Below are positions 13,100-26,100 of a stretch of 64,000 nt of DNA, one piece after another (within the stretch, counting starts at the first letter, position 1; every line of letters starts with the position of its first letter). The notes beneath the pieces are model-generated. The model did not search any database. It was not told the origin of the DNA and was given only the letters and a program-made list of their open reading frames with translations. This stretch comes from Eledone cirrhosa. Lineage: Eukaryota. Made by a program: the position numbers and the translations under genes. The stretch lies in the NCBI GenBank assembly GCA_964016885.1, contig OZ024740.1:442742001-442806000 (forward strand), in the 5' to 3' direction.

Positions 13100-14430
13100 T
13101 ATACCGAGTGTCTTCCTGACACCCAGGGCAAGTAAACCCCGTTATATACCGAGTGTCTTCCTGACACCCAGGGCAAGTAAACCCCGTTATATACCGTGTG
13201 TCTTCCTGACACCCAGGGCAAGTAAACCCCGTTATATACCGAGTGTCTTCCTGACACCCAGGGCAAGTAAACCCCGTTATATAACGAGTGTCTTCCTGAC
13301 ACCCAGGGCAAGTAAACCCCGTTATATACCGAGTGTCTTCCTGACACCCAGGGCAAGTAAACCCCGTTATATACCGAGTGTCTTCCTGACACCCAAGGCA
13401 AGTAAACTCCGTTATATACCGAGTGTCTTCCTGACACCCTGGGCAATTAAACTACGTTATATACCGAGTGTCTTCCTGACACGCAGGGCAAGTAAACCCC
13501 GTTATATACCGAGTGTCTTCTTGACACCCAGGGCAAGTAAACCCCGTTATATACCGAGTGTCTTCCAGACACCCAGGGCAAGTAAACCCCGTTATATACC
13601 GAGTGTCTTCCTGACACCCAGGGCAAGTAAACCCCGTTATATACCGTGTGTCTTCCTGACACCCAGGGCAAGTAAACCCCGTTATATACCGAGTGTCTTC
13701 CTGACACCCAGGGCAAGTAAACCCCGTTATATAACGAGTGTCTTCCTGACACCCAGGGCAAGTAAACCCCGTTATATACCGAGTGTCTTCCTGACACCCA
13801 GGGCAAGTAAACCCCGTTATATACCGAGTGTCTTCCTGACACCCAAGGCAAGTAAACTCCGTTATATACCGAGTGTCTTCCTGACACCCTGGGCAATTAA
13901 ACTACGTTATATACCGAGTGTCTTCCTGACACGCAGGGCAAGTAAACCCCGTTATATACCGAGTGTCTTCTTGACACCCAAGGCAAGTAAACCCCGTTAT
14001 ATACCGAGTGTCTTCCAGACACCAAGGGCAAGTAAACCCCGTTATATACCGAGTGTCTTCTTGACACCCAGGGCAAGTAAACCCCGTTATATACCGAGTG
14101 TCTTCCAGACACCCAGGGCAAGTAAACTCCGTTATATACCGAGTGTCTTCCTGACACCCAGGGCAAGTAAACCCCGTTATATACCGAGTGTCTTCCTGAC
14201 AGCCAAGGCAAGTAAACTCCGTTATATACCGAGTGTCTTCCTGACACCCTGGGCAATTAAACTACGTTATATACCGAGTGTCTTCCTGACACGCAGGGCA
14301 AGTAAACCCCGTTATATACCGAGTGTCTTCTTGACACCCAGGGCAAGTAAACCCCGTTATATACCGAGTGTCTTCCAGACACCCAGGGCAAGTAAACCCC
14401 GTTATATACCGAGTGTCTTCTTGACACCCA
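13100..14430. repeat. Short 10/8-monomer higher-order repeat (450 and 360 bp)
   Basis: The private variant string CCCTGGGCAATTAAACTACG...ACGCAGGG...TTCTTGAC...TTCCAGAC occurs at 13440, 13890 and 14250. CCGTGTG and TATATAACG also repeat at 450 bp. I did not see CCCTGGG or AAACTACG elsewhere. Confidence 0.9.
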
Positions 14431-14699
14431 GGGCAAGTAACCCCGTTATATATCATGTGTCTTCCTGACACCCAGGGCAAGTAAACCCCGTTATATACCG
14501 AGTGTCTTCCTGACACCCAGGGCAAGTAAACCCCGTTATATACCGAGTGTCTTCCTGACACCCAGGGCAAGTAAACCCCGTTATATACCGAGTGTCTTCC
14601 TGACACCCAAGGCAAGTAAACCCCGTTATATACCGAGTGTCTTCCTGACACCCAGGGCAAGTAAACCTCGTTATATACCGAGTGTCTTCCTGACACCCA

Positions 14700-17620
14700 G
14701 GGCAAGTAAACCCCGTTATATACCGAGTGTCTTCCTGACACCCAGGGCAAGTAAACCCCGTTATATACCAAGTGTCTTCCTGACACCCAGGGCAAGTAAA
14801 CTCCGATATATACCGAGGGTCTTCCTGACACCCAGGGCAAGTAAACTCCGTTATATACCGAGTGTCTTCCTGACACCCAGGGCAAGTAAACCCCGTTATA
14901 TACCGAGTGTCTTCCTGACACCCAGGGCAAGTAAACCCGGTATATACCGAGTGTCTTCCTGACACCCAGGGCAAGTAAACCCCGTTATATACCGAGTGTC
15001 TTCCTAACACCCAGGGCAAGTAAACCCCGTTATATACCAAGTGTCTTCCTGACACCCAGGGCAAGTAAACTCCGATATATACCGAGTGTCTTCCTGACAC
15101 CCAGGGCAAGTAAACTCCGTTATATACCGAGTGTCTTCCTGACACCCAGGGCAAGTAAACCCCGTTTTATAGCGAGTGTCTTCCTGACACCCAGGGCAAG
15201 TAAACCCGGTATATACCGAGTGTCTTCCTGACACCCAGGGCAAGTAAACCCCGTTATATACCGAGTGTCTTCCTGACACCCAGGGCAAGTAAACCCCGTT
15301 ATATACCGAGTATCTTCCTGACACCCAGGGCAATTAATCTCCTTTATATATCAAGTGTCTTTCTGACACCCAGGGCAAGTAAACCTCGTCATATACCGAG
15401 TGTCTTCCTGACACCCAGGGCAAGTAAACCCCGTTATATATCGAGTGTCTTCCTGACACCCAGGGCAAGTAAACCCCGTTATATACCGAGTGTCTTCCTG
15501 GCACCCAAGGCAAGTAAACTCCGTTATATACCAAGTGTCTTCCTGACACCCAGGGCAAGTAAACCCCGTTATATACCGAGTGTCTTCCTGAAACCCAGGG
15601 CAAGTAAACCCCGTTATATACCGAGTGTCTTCCTGACACCCAGGGCAAGTAAACCCCGTTATATACCGAGTGTCTTCCTGACACCCAGGGCAAGTAAACC
15701 CCGTTATATACCGAGTGTCTTCCTGACACCCAGGGCAAGTAAACCCCGTTATATACCGAGTGTCTTCCTGACACCCAGGGCAAGTAAACCCCGTTATATA
15801 CCGAGTGTCTTCCTGACACCCAGGGCAAGTAAACCCCGTTATATACCGAGTGTCTTCCTGACACCCAGGGCAAGTAAACCCCGTTATATACCGAGTGTCT
15901 TTCTGACACCCAAGGCAAGTAAACTCCGATATATACCGAGTGTCTTCCTGACACCCAGGGCAAGTAAACCCCGTTATATACCGAGTGTCTTCCTGACACC
16001 CAGGGCAAGTAAACCCCGTTATATACCGAGTGTCTTCCTGACACCCAGGGCAAGTAATCTCCTTTATATATCGAGTGTCTTTCTGACACCCAGGGCAAGT
16101 AAACCCGGTATATACCGAGTGTCTTCCTGACACCCAGGGCAAGTAAACCCCGTTATATACCGAGTGTCTTCCTAACACCCAGGGCAAGTAAACCCCGTTA
16201 TATACCGAGTGTCTTCCTGACACCCAGGGCAAGTAAACCCCGTTATATACCGAGTGTCTTCCTGACACCCAGGGCAAGTAAACCCCGTTATATACCAAGT
16301 GTCTTCCTGACACCCAGGGCAAGTAAACTCCGATATATACCGAGGGTCTTCCTGACACCCAGGGCAAGTAAACTCCGTTATATACCGAGTGTCTTCCTGA
16401 CACCCAGGGCAAGTAAACCCCGTTATATACCGAGTGTCTTCCTGACACCCAGGGCAAGTAAACCCGGTATATACCGAGTGTCTTCCTGACACCCAGGGCA
16501 AGTAAACCCCGTTATATACCGAGTGTCTTCCTAACACCCAGGGCAAGTAAACCCCGTTATATACCAAGTGTCTTCCTGACACCCAGGGCAAGTAAACTCC
16601 GATATATACCGAGTGTCTTCCTGACACCCAGGGCAAGTAAACTCCGTTATATACCGAGTGTCTTCCTGACACCCAGGGCAAGTAAACCCCGTTTTATAGC
16701 GAGTGTCTTCCTGACACCCAGGGCAAGTAAACCCGGTATATACCGAGTGTCTTCCTGACACCCAGGGCAAGTAAACCCCGTTATATACCGAGTGTCTTCC
16801 TGACACCCAGGGCAAGTAAACCCCGTTATATACCGAGTGTCTTCCTGACACCCAGGGCAATTAATCTCCTTTATATATCAAGTGTCTTTCTGACACCCAG
16901 GGCAAGTAAACCTCGTCATATACCGAGTGTCTTCCTGACACCCAGGGCAAGTAAACCCCGTTATATATCGAGTGTCTTCCTGACACCCAGGGCAAGTAAA
17001 CCCCGTTATATACCGAGTGTCTTCCTGGCACCCAAGGCAAGTAAACTCCGTTATATACCAAGTGTCTTCCTGACACCCAGGGCAAGTAAACCCCGTTATA
17101 TACCGAGTGTCTTCCTGAAACCCAGGGCAAGTAAACCCCGTTATATACCGAGTGTCTTCCTGACACCCAGGGCAAGTAAACCCCGTTATATACCGAGTGT
17201 CTTCCTGACACCCAGGGCAAGTAAACCCCGTTATATACCGAGTGTCTTCCTGACACCCAGGGCAAGTAAACCCCGTTATATACCGAGTGTCTTCCTGACA
17301 CCCAGGGCAAGTAAACCCCGTTATATACCGAGTGTCTTCCTGACACCCAGGGCAAGTAAACCCCGTTATATACCGAGTGTCTTCCTGACACCCAGGGCAA
17401 GTAAACCCCGTTATATACCGAGTGTCTTTCTGACACCCAAGGCAAGTAAACTCCGATATATACCGAGTGTCTTCCTGACACCCAGGGCAAGTAAACCCCG
17501 TTATATACCGAGTGTCTTCCTGACACCCAGGGCAAGTAAACCCCGTTATATACCGAGTGTCTTCCTGACACCCAGGGCAAGTAATCTCCTTTATATATCG
17601 AGTGTCTTTCTGACACCCAG
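14700..17620. repeat. Tandem higher-order duplication, offset 1527 bp (34 monomers minus 3 bp)
   Basis: Markers repeat 1527 bp apart: CGGTATATACCG 14938/16465 and 15207/16734, GTTTTATAGCG 15164/16691, and CAATTAATCTCC 15334/16861. Confidence 0.9.
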
Positions 17621-19049
17621 GGCAAGTAAACCCCGTTATATACCGAGTGTCTTCCTGACACCCAGGGCAAGTAAACCCCGTTATATACCGAGTGTCTTCC
17701 TGACACCCAGGGCAAGTAAACCCCGTTATATACCGAGTGTCTTCCTGACACCCAAGGCAAGTAAACTCCGTTATATACCGAGTGTCTTCCTGACACCCAG
17801 GGCAAGTAAACCCCGATATATACCGAGTGTCTTCCTGACACCCAGGGCAAGTAAACCCCGTTATATACCGAGTGTCTTCCTGACACCCAGGGCAAGTAAT
17901 CTCCTTTATATATCAAGTGTCTTCCTGACACCCAGGGCAAGTAAACTCCGTTATGTACCGAGTGTCTTCCTGACACCCAGAGCAAGTAAAGCCCGTTATA
18001 TACCGAGTGTCTTCTTGACACCCAGGGCAAGTAAACCCCGTTATATACCGAGTGTCTTCCTGACACCCAAGGCAAGTAAACTCCGTTATATACCAAGTGT
18101 CTTCCTGACACCCAGGGCAAGTAAACCCCGTTATATACCAAGTGTCTTCCTGACACCCCGGGCAAGTAAACCCCGTTATATACCGAGTGTCTTCCTGACG
18201 CCCAGGGCAAGTAAACTCCGTTATATACCGAGTGTCTTCCTAACAGCGAGGGCAAGTAAACCCCGTTATATACCGAGTGTCTTCCTGACACCCAAGGCAA
18301 GTAAACTCTGTTATATACCAATTTTCTTCCTAACAGCGAGGGCAAGTAAACCCCGTTATATACCGAGTGTCTTCCTGAAACCCAGGGCAAGTAAACCCCG
18401 TTATATACCAAGTGCCTTTCTGACACCCAGGGCAAGTAAACTCCGTTATATACCGAGTGTCTTCCTGACACCCAGGGCAAGTAAACTCCGTTATGTACCG
18501 AGTGTCTTCCTGACACCCAAAGCAAGTAAAGCCCGTTATATACCGAGTGTCTTCCTGACACCCAGGGCAAGTACACCCCGTTATATACCGAGTGTCTTCC
18601 TGACACCCAGGGCAAGTAATCTCCTTTATATATCAAGTGTCTTTCTGACACCCAGGACAAGTAAACCCCGTTATATACCGAGTGTCTTCCTGACACCCAG
18701 GGCAAGTAAACCCCGTTATATACCGAGTGTCTTCCTGACACGCAGGGCAAGTAAACTCCGTTATATACAGCGTGTCTTCCTGACACCCAAGGCAATTAAA
18801 CTCCGTTATATACCGAGTGGCTTCCTGACAACCAGGGCAAGTAAACCCCGTTATATACCGAGTGTCTTCCTGACACCCAGGGCAAGTAAACTCCGTTATA
18901 TACCGAGTGTCTTCCTGACACCCAAGGCAAGTAAACTCCGATATATACTGAGTGTCTTCCTGACACCCAGGGCAAGTAAACCCCGTTATATACCGAGTGT
19001 CTTCCTGACACCCAGGGCAAGTAAACCCCGTTATATACCGAGTGTCTTC

Positions 19050-22000
19050 CTGACACCCAAGGCAAGTAAACCCCGTTATATACCGAGTGTCTTCCTGACA
19101 CCCAGGGCAAGTAAACCTCGTTATATACCGAGTGTCTTCCTGACACCCAGGGCAAGTAAACCCCGTTATATACCGAGTGTCTTCCTGACACCCAGGGCAA
19201 GTAAACCCCGTTATATACCAAGTGTCTTCCTGACACCCAGGGCAAGTAAACTCCGATATATACCGAGGGTCTTCCTGACACCCAGGGCAAGTAAACTCCG
19301 TTATATACCGAGTGTCTTCCTGACACCCAGGGCAAGTAAACTCCGTTATATACCGAGTGTCTTCCTGACACCCAGGGAAAGTAAACCCGGTATATACCGA
19401 GTGTCTTCCTGACACCCAGGGCAAGTAAACCCCGTTATATACCGAGTGTCTTCCTGACACCCAGGGCAAGTAAACCCCGTTATATACCAAGTGTCTTCCT
19501 GACACCCAGGGCAAGTAAACTCCGATATATACCGAGTGTCTTCCTGACACCCAGGGCAAGTAAACTCCGTTATATACCGAGTGTCTTCCTGACACCCAGG
19601 GCAAGTAAACCCCGTTTTATAGCGAGTGTCTTCCTGACACCCAGGGCAAGTAAACCCGGTATATACCGAGTGTCTTCCTGACACCCAGGGCAAGTAAACC
19701 CCGTTATATACCGAGTGTCTTCCTGACACCCAGGGCAAGTAAACCCCGTTATATACCGAGTGTCTTCCTGACACCCAGGGCAAGTAATCTCCTTTATATA
19801 TCAAGTGTCTTTCTGACACCCAGGGCAAGTAAACCTCGTCATATACCGAGTGTCTTCCTGACACCCAGGGCAAGTAAACCCCGTTATATATCGAGTGTCT
19901 TCCTGACACCCAGGGCAAGTAAACCCCGTTATATACCGAGTGTCTTCCTGGCACCCAAGGCAAGTAAACTCCGTTATATACCAAGTGTCTTCCTGACACC
20001 CAGGGCAAGTAAACCCCGTTATATACCGAGTGTCTTCATGAAACCCAGGGCAAGTAAACCCCGTTATATACCGAGTGTCTTCCTGACACCCAGGGCAAGT
20101 AAACCCCGTTATATACCGAGTGTCTTCCTGACACCCAGGGCAAGTAAACCCCGTTATATACCGAGTGTCTTCCTGACACCCAGGGCAAGTAAACCCCGTT
20201 ATATACCGAGTGTCTTCCTGACACCCAGGGCAAGTATACCCCGTTATATACCGAGTGTCTTCCTGACACCCAGGGCAAGTAAACCCCGTTATATACCGAG
20301 TGTCTTCCTGACACCCAGGGCAAGTAAACCCCGTTATATACCGAGTGTCTTTCTGACACCCAAGGCAAGTAAACTCCGATATATACCGAGTGTCTTCCTG
20401 ACACCCAGGGCAAGTAAACCCCGTTATATACCGAGTGTCTTCCTGACACCCAGGGCAAGTAAACCCCGTTATATACCGAGTGTCTTCCTGACACCCAGGG
20501 CAAGTAATCTCCTTTATATATCGAGTGTCTTTCTGACACCCAGGGCAAGTAAACCCCGTTATATACCGAGTGTCTTCCTGACACCCAGGGCAAGTAAACC
20601 CCGTTATATACCGAGTGTCTTCCTGACACCCAGGGCAAGTAAACCCCGTTATATACCGAGTGTCTTCCTGACACCCAAGGCAAGTAAACTCCGTTATATA
20701 CCGAGTGTCTTCCTGACACCCAGGGCAAGTAAACCCCGATATATACCGAGTGTCTTCCTGACACCCAGGGCAAGTAAACCCCGTTATATACCGAGTGTCT
20801 TCCTGACACCCAGGGCAAGTAATCTCCTTTATATATCAAGTGTCTTTCTGACACCCAGGGCAAGTAAACCCCGTTATATACCGAGTGTCTTCCTGACACC
20901 CAAGGCAAGTAAACTCCGTTATATACCAAGTGTCTTCCTGACACCCAGGGCAAGTAAATCCCGTTATATACCGAGTGTCTTCCTGACACCCAGGGCAAGT
21001 AAACCCCGTTATATACCGAGTGTCTTCCTGACGCCCAGGGCAAGTAAACTCCGTTATATACCGAGTGTCTTCCTAACAGCGAGGGCAAGTAAACCCCGTT
21101 ATATACCGAGTGTCTTCCTGACACCCAAGGCAAGTAAACTCTGTTATATACCAATTTTCTTCCTAACAGCGAGGGCAAGTAAACCCCGTTATATACCGAG
21201 TGTCTTCCTGAAACCCAGGGCAAGTAAGCCCCGTTATATACCAAGTGCCTTTCTGACACCCAGGGCAAGTAAACTCCGTTATATACCGAGTGTCTTCCTG
21301 ACACCCAGGGCAAGTAAACCCCGTTATATACCGAGTGTCTTCCTGACACCCAGGGCAAGAAAACCCCGTTATATACCGAGTGTCTTCCTGACACCCAGGG
21401 CAAGTAAACCCCGTTATATACCGAGTGTCTTCCTGACACCCAGGGCAAGTAATCTCCTTTATATATCAAGTGTCTTTCTGACACCCAGGACAAGTAAACC
21501 CCGTTATATACCGAGTGTCTTCCTGACACCCAGGGCAAGTAAACCCCGTTATATACCGAGTGTCTTCCTGACACGCCGGGCAAGTAAACTCCGTTATATA
21601 CAGCGCGTCTTCCTGACACCCAAGGCAATTAAACTCCGTTATATACCGAGTGGCTTCCTGACAACCAGGGCAAGTAAACCCCGTTATATACCGAGTGTCT
21701 TCCTGACACCCAGGGCAAGTAAACTCCGTTATATACCGAGTGTCTTCCTGACACCCAAGGCAAGTAAACTCCGATATATACTGAGTGTCTTCCTGACACC
21801 CAGGGCAAGTAAACCCCGTTATATACCGAGTGTCTTCCTGACACCCAGGGCAAGTAAACCCCGTTATATACCGAGTGTCTTCCTGACACCCAGGGCAAGT
21901 AAACCCCGTTATATACCAAGTGTCTTCCTGCCACCCAGGGCAAGTAAACTCCGTTATATACCGAGTGTCTTCCTGATACACCAGGGCAAGTAAACTCCGT

Positions 22001-22950
22001 TATATACCGAGTGTCTTCCTGACACCCAGGGCAAGTACACCCCGTTATATACCGAGTGTCTTCCTGACACCCAGGGCAAGTAAACTCCGTTATATACCGA
22101 GTGTCTTCCTGACAGCGAGGGCAAGTAAACCCCGTTATATACCGAGTGTCTTGCTGACACCCAAGGCAAGTAAACTCCGTTATATACCGAGTGCCTTCCT
22201 GACACCCAGGTCAAGTAAACTCCGTTATATACCGAGTGTCTTCCTGACACCCAGGGCAAGTAAACTCCGTTATATACCGAGTGTCTTCCTGACACCCAAG
22301 GCAAGTAAACTCTGTTATATACCGAGTGTCTTCCTGACACCCAGGGCAAGTAAACTCCGTTATATACCGATTGTCTTCTTGACACCCAGGGCAAGTAAAC
22401 CCCGATATATACCGAGTGTCTTCCTGACACCCAGGGCAAGTAAACTCCGTTATATACCGAGTGTCTTCCTGACACCCAGGGCAAGTAAACCCCGTTATAT
22501 ACCAAGTGTCATCTTGACACCCAGGGCAAGTAAACCCCGTTATATACCGAGTGTCTTCCTGACACCCAAGGCAAGTAAACTCCGTTATATACCGAGTGTC
22601 TTCCTGGCATCCAGGGCAAGTAAACCCCGTTATATACCCAGTGTCTTCCTAACACCCAGGGCAAGTAAACCCCGTTATATTCCGAGTGTCTTCCTGACAC
22701 CCAGGGCAAGTAAACCCCGTTTTATACCGAGTGTCTTCCTGAAACCCAGGGCAAGTAATCTCCTTTATATATCAAGTGTATTTCTGACACCTAGGGCAAG
22801 TAAACCCCGTTATATACCGAGTGTCTTCCTGACACCCAGGGCAAGTAAACCCCGTTATATACCGAGTGTCTTCCTGACACCCAAGGCAAGTAAACTCCGT
22901 TATATAACGAGTGTCTTCCTGACACCCAGAGCAAGTAAACCCCGTTATAT
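19050..22950. repeat. Dispersed copy of the 5300-9230 block (offset 13.7-13.85 kb)
   Basis: Markers as listed for 5300-9230. The offsets 13763, 13853 and 13718 differ by whole monomers (90 and 135 bp). Confidence 0.88.
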
Positions 22951-23199
22951 ACCGAGTGTCTTCCTGACACCCAGGGCAAGTAAACTCCGTTATATACCGA
23001 GTGTCTTCCTAACAGCGAGGGCAAGTAAACCCCGTTATATACTGAGTGTCTTCCTGACACCCAAGGCAAGTAAACTCTGTTATATACCAAGTGTCTTCCT
23101 GAGACCCAGGGCAAGTAAACCCCGTTATATACCGAGTGTGTTCCTGAAACCCAGGGCAAGTAAACCCCGTTATATACCGAGTGTCTTCCTGACACCCAG

Positions 23200-26100
23200 G
23201 GTAAGTAAACCCGGTTATATACCGAGTGTCTTCCTGACACCCAGGGCAAGTAATCCCCTTTATATATCAAGTGTCTTTCAGACACCCAGGGCAAGTAAAC
23301 CCCGTTATATACCGAGTGTCTTCCTGACACCCAGTGCAAGTAAACCCCGTTATATACCGAGTGTCTTCCTGACACCCAGGGCAAGTAAACCCCGTTATAT
23401 ACCGAGTGTCTTCCTGACACACAGGGCAAGTAAACCCCGTTATATACCGAGTGTCTTCCTAACACCCAGGGCAAGTAATCTCCTTTATATATCAAGTGTC
23501 TTTCTGACACCCAGGGCAAGTAAATCCCGTTATATACCGAGTGTTTTCCTGACACCCAGGGCAAGTAAACCCCGTTATATACCGAGTGTCTTCCTGACAC
23601 CCAGGGCAAGTAAACCCCGTTATATACCGAGTGTCTTCCTGACACCCAGGGCAAGTAAACCCCGTTATATACCGAGTGTCTTCCTGACACCCAGGGCAAG
23701 TAAACCCCGTTATATACCGAGTGTCTTCTTGACACCCAAGGCAAGTAAACTCCGTTATATACCGAGTGTCTTCCTGACACCCAGGGCAAGTAAACCCCGT
23801 TATATACCGAGTGTCTTCCTGACACCCAGGGCAAGTAAACTCCGTTATATACCGAGTGTCTTCCTAACAGCGAGGGCAAGTAAACCCCGTTATATACCGA
23901 GTGTCTTCCTGACACCCAAGGCAAGTAAACTCTGTTATATACCAAGTGTCTTCCTAACAGCGAGGGCAAGTTAACCCCGTTATATACCGAGTGTCTTCCT
24001 GAAACCCAGGGCAAGTAAACCCCGTTATATATCGAGTGTTTTCCTGACACCCAGGGCAAGTAAACCCCGTTATATACCGAGTGTCTTCCTGACACCCAGG
24101 GCAAGTAAACCCCGTTATATACCGAGTGTCTTCCTGACACCCAGGGCAAGTAAACCCCGTTATATACCGAGTGTCTTCCTGACACCCAGGGCAAGTAAAC
24201 CCCGTTATATATCGAGTGTTTTCCTGACACCCAGGGCAAGTAAACCCCGTTATATACCGAGTGTCTTCCTGACACCCAGGGCAAGTAAACCCCGTTATAT
24301 ACCGAGTGTCTTCCTGACACCCAGGGCAAGTAAACCCCGTTATATACCGAGTGTCTTCCTGACACCCAGGGCAAGTAAACCCCGTTATATACCGAGTGTC
24401 TTCCTGACACCCAGGGCAAGTAAACCCCGTTATATACCGAGTGTCTTCCTGACACCCAGGGCAAGTAATCTCCTTTATATATCAAGTGTCTTTCTGACAC
24501 CCAGGGCAAGTAAACCCCGTTATATACCGAGTGTCTTCCTGACACCCAGGGCAAGTAAACCCCGTTATATACCGAGTGTCTTCCTGACACCCAAGGCAAG
24601 TAAACTCCGTTATATACCGAGTGTCTTCCTGACACCCAGGGCAAGTAAACCCCGTTATATACCGAGTGTCTTCCTGACACCCAGGGCAAGTAAACCCCGT
24701 TATATACCGAGTGTCTTCCTGACACCCAGGGCAAGTAAACCCCGTTATATACCGAGTGTCTTCCTGACACCCAAGTCAAGTAAACTCTGTTATATACCGA
24801 GTGTCTTCCTGACACCCAGGGCAAGTAAACTCCGTTATATACCGAGTGTCTTCCTGACACCCAGGGCAAGTAAACTCCGTTATATACCGAGTGTCTTCCT
24901 GACACCCAGGGTAAGTAAACCCGGTTATATACCGAGTGTCTTCCTGACACCCAGGGCAAGTAATCTCCTTTATATATCAAGTGCCTTTCAGACACCCAGG
25001 GCAAGTAAACCCCGTTATATACCGAGTGTCTTCCTGACACCCAGGGCAAGTAAACCCCGTTATATACCGAGTGTCTTCCTGACACCCAGGGCAAGTAAAC
25101 CCCGTTATATACCGAGTGTCTTCCTGACACCCAGGGCAAGTAAACCCCGTTATATACCGAGTGTCTTCCTGACACCCAGGGCAAGTAATCTCCTTTATAT
25201 ATCAAGTGTCTTTCTGACACCCAGGGCAAGTAAACCCCGTTATATACCGAGTGTCTTCCTGACACCCAGGGCAAGTACACCCCGTTATATACCGAGTGTC
25301 TTCCTGACACCCAGGGCAAGTAAGCCCCGTTATATACTCTAGTGTCTTCCTGACACCCAGGGCAAGTAAACCCCGTTATATACCAAGTGCCTTCCTGACG
25401 CCCAGGGCAAGTAAACTCCGTTATATACCAAGTGTCTTCCTGACACCCAGGGCAAGTAAACCCCGTTATATACCGAGTGTCTTCTTGACACCCAAGGCAA
25501 GTAAACTCCGTTATATACCGAGTGTCTTCCTGACACCCAGGGCAAGTAAACCCCATTATATACCGAGTGTCTTCCTGACACCCAGGGCAAGTAAACCCCG
25601 TTATATACCGAGTGTCTTCCTGACACCCAGGGCAAGTAATCCCCTTTATATATCAAGTGTCTTTCAGACACCCAGGGCAAGTAAACCCCGTTATATACCG
25701 AGTGTCTTCGTGACACCCAGTGCAAGTAAACCCCGTTATATACCGAGTGTCTTCCTGACACCCAGGGCAAGTAAACCCCGTTATATACCGAGTGTCTTCC
25801 TGACACCCAGGGCAAGTAAACCCCGTTATATACCGAGTGTCTTCCTAACACCCAGGGCAAGTAATCTCCTTTATATATCAAGTGTCTTTCTGACACCCAG
25901 GGCAAGTAAATCCCGTTATATACCGAGTGTCTTCGTGACACCCAGGGCAAGTAAACCCCGTTATATACCGAGTGTCTTCCTGACACCCAGGGCAAGTAAA
26001 CCCCGTTATATACCGAGTGTCTTCCTGACACCCAGGGCAAGTAAACCCCGTTATATACCGAGTGTCTTCCTGACACCCAGGGCAAGTAATCTCCTTTATA

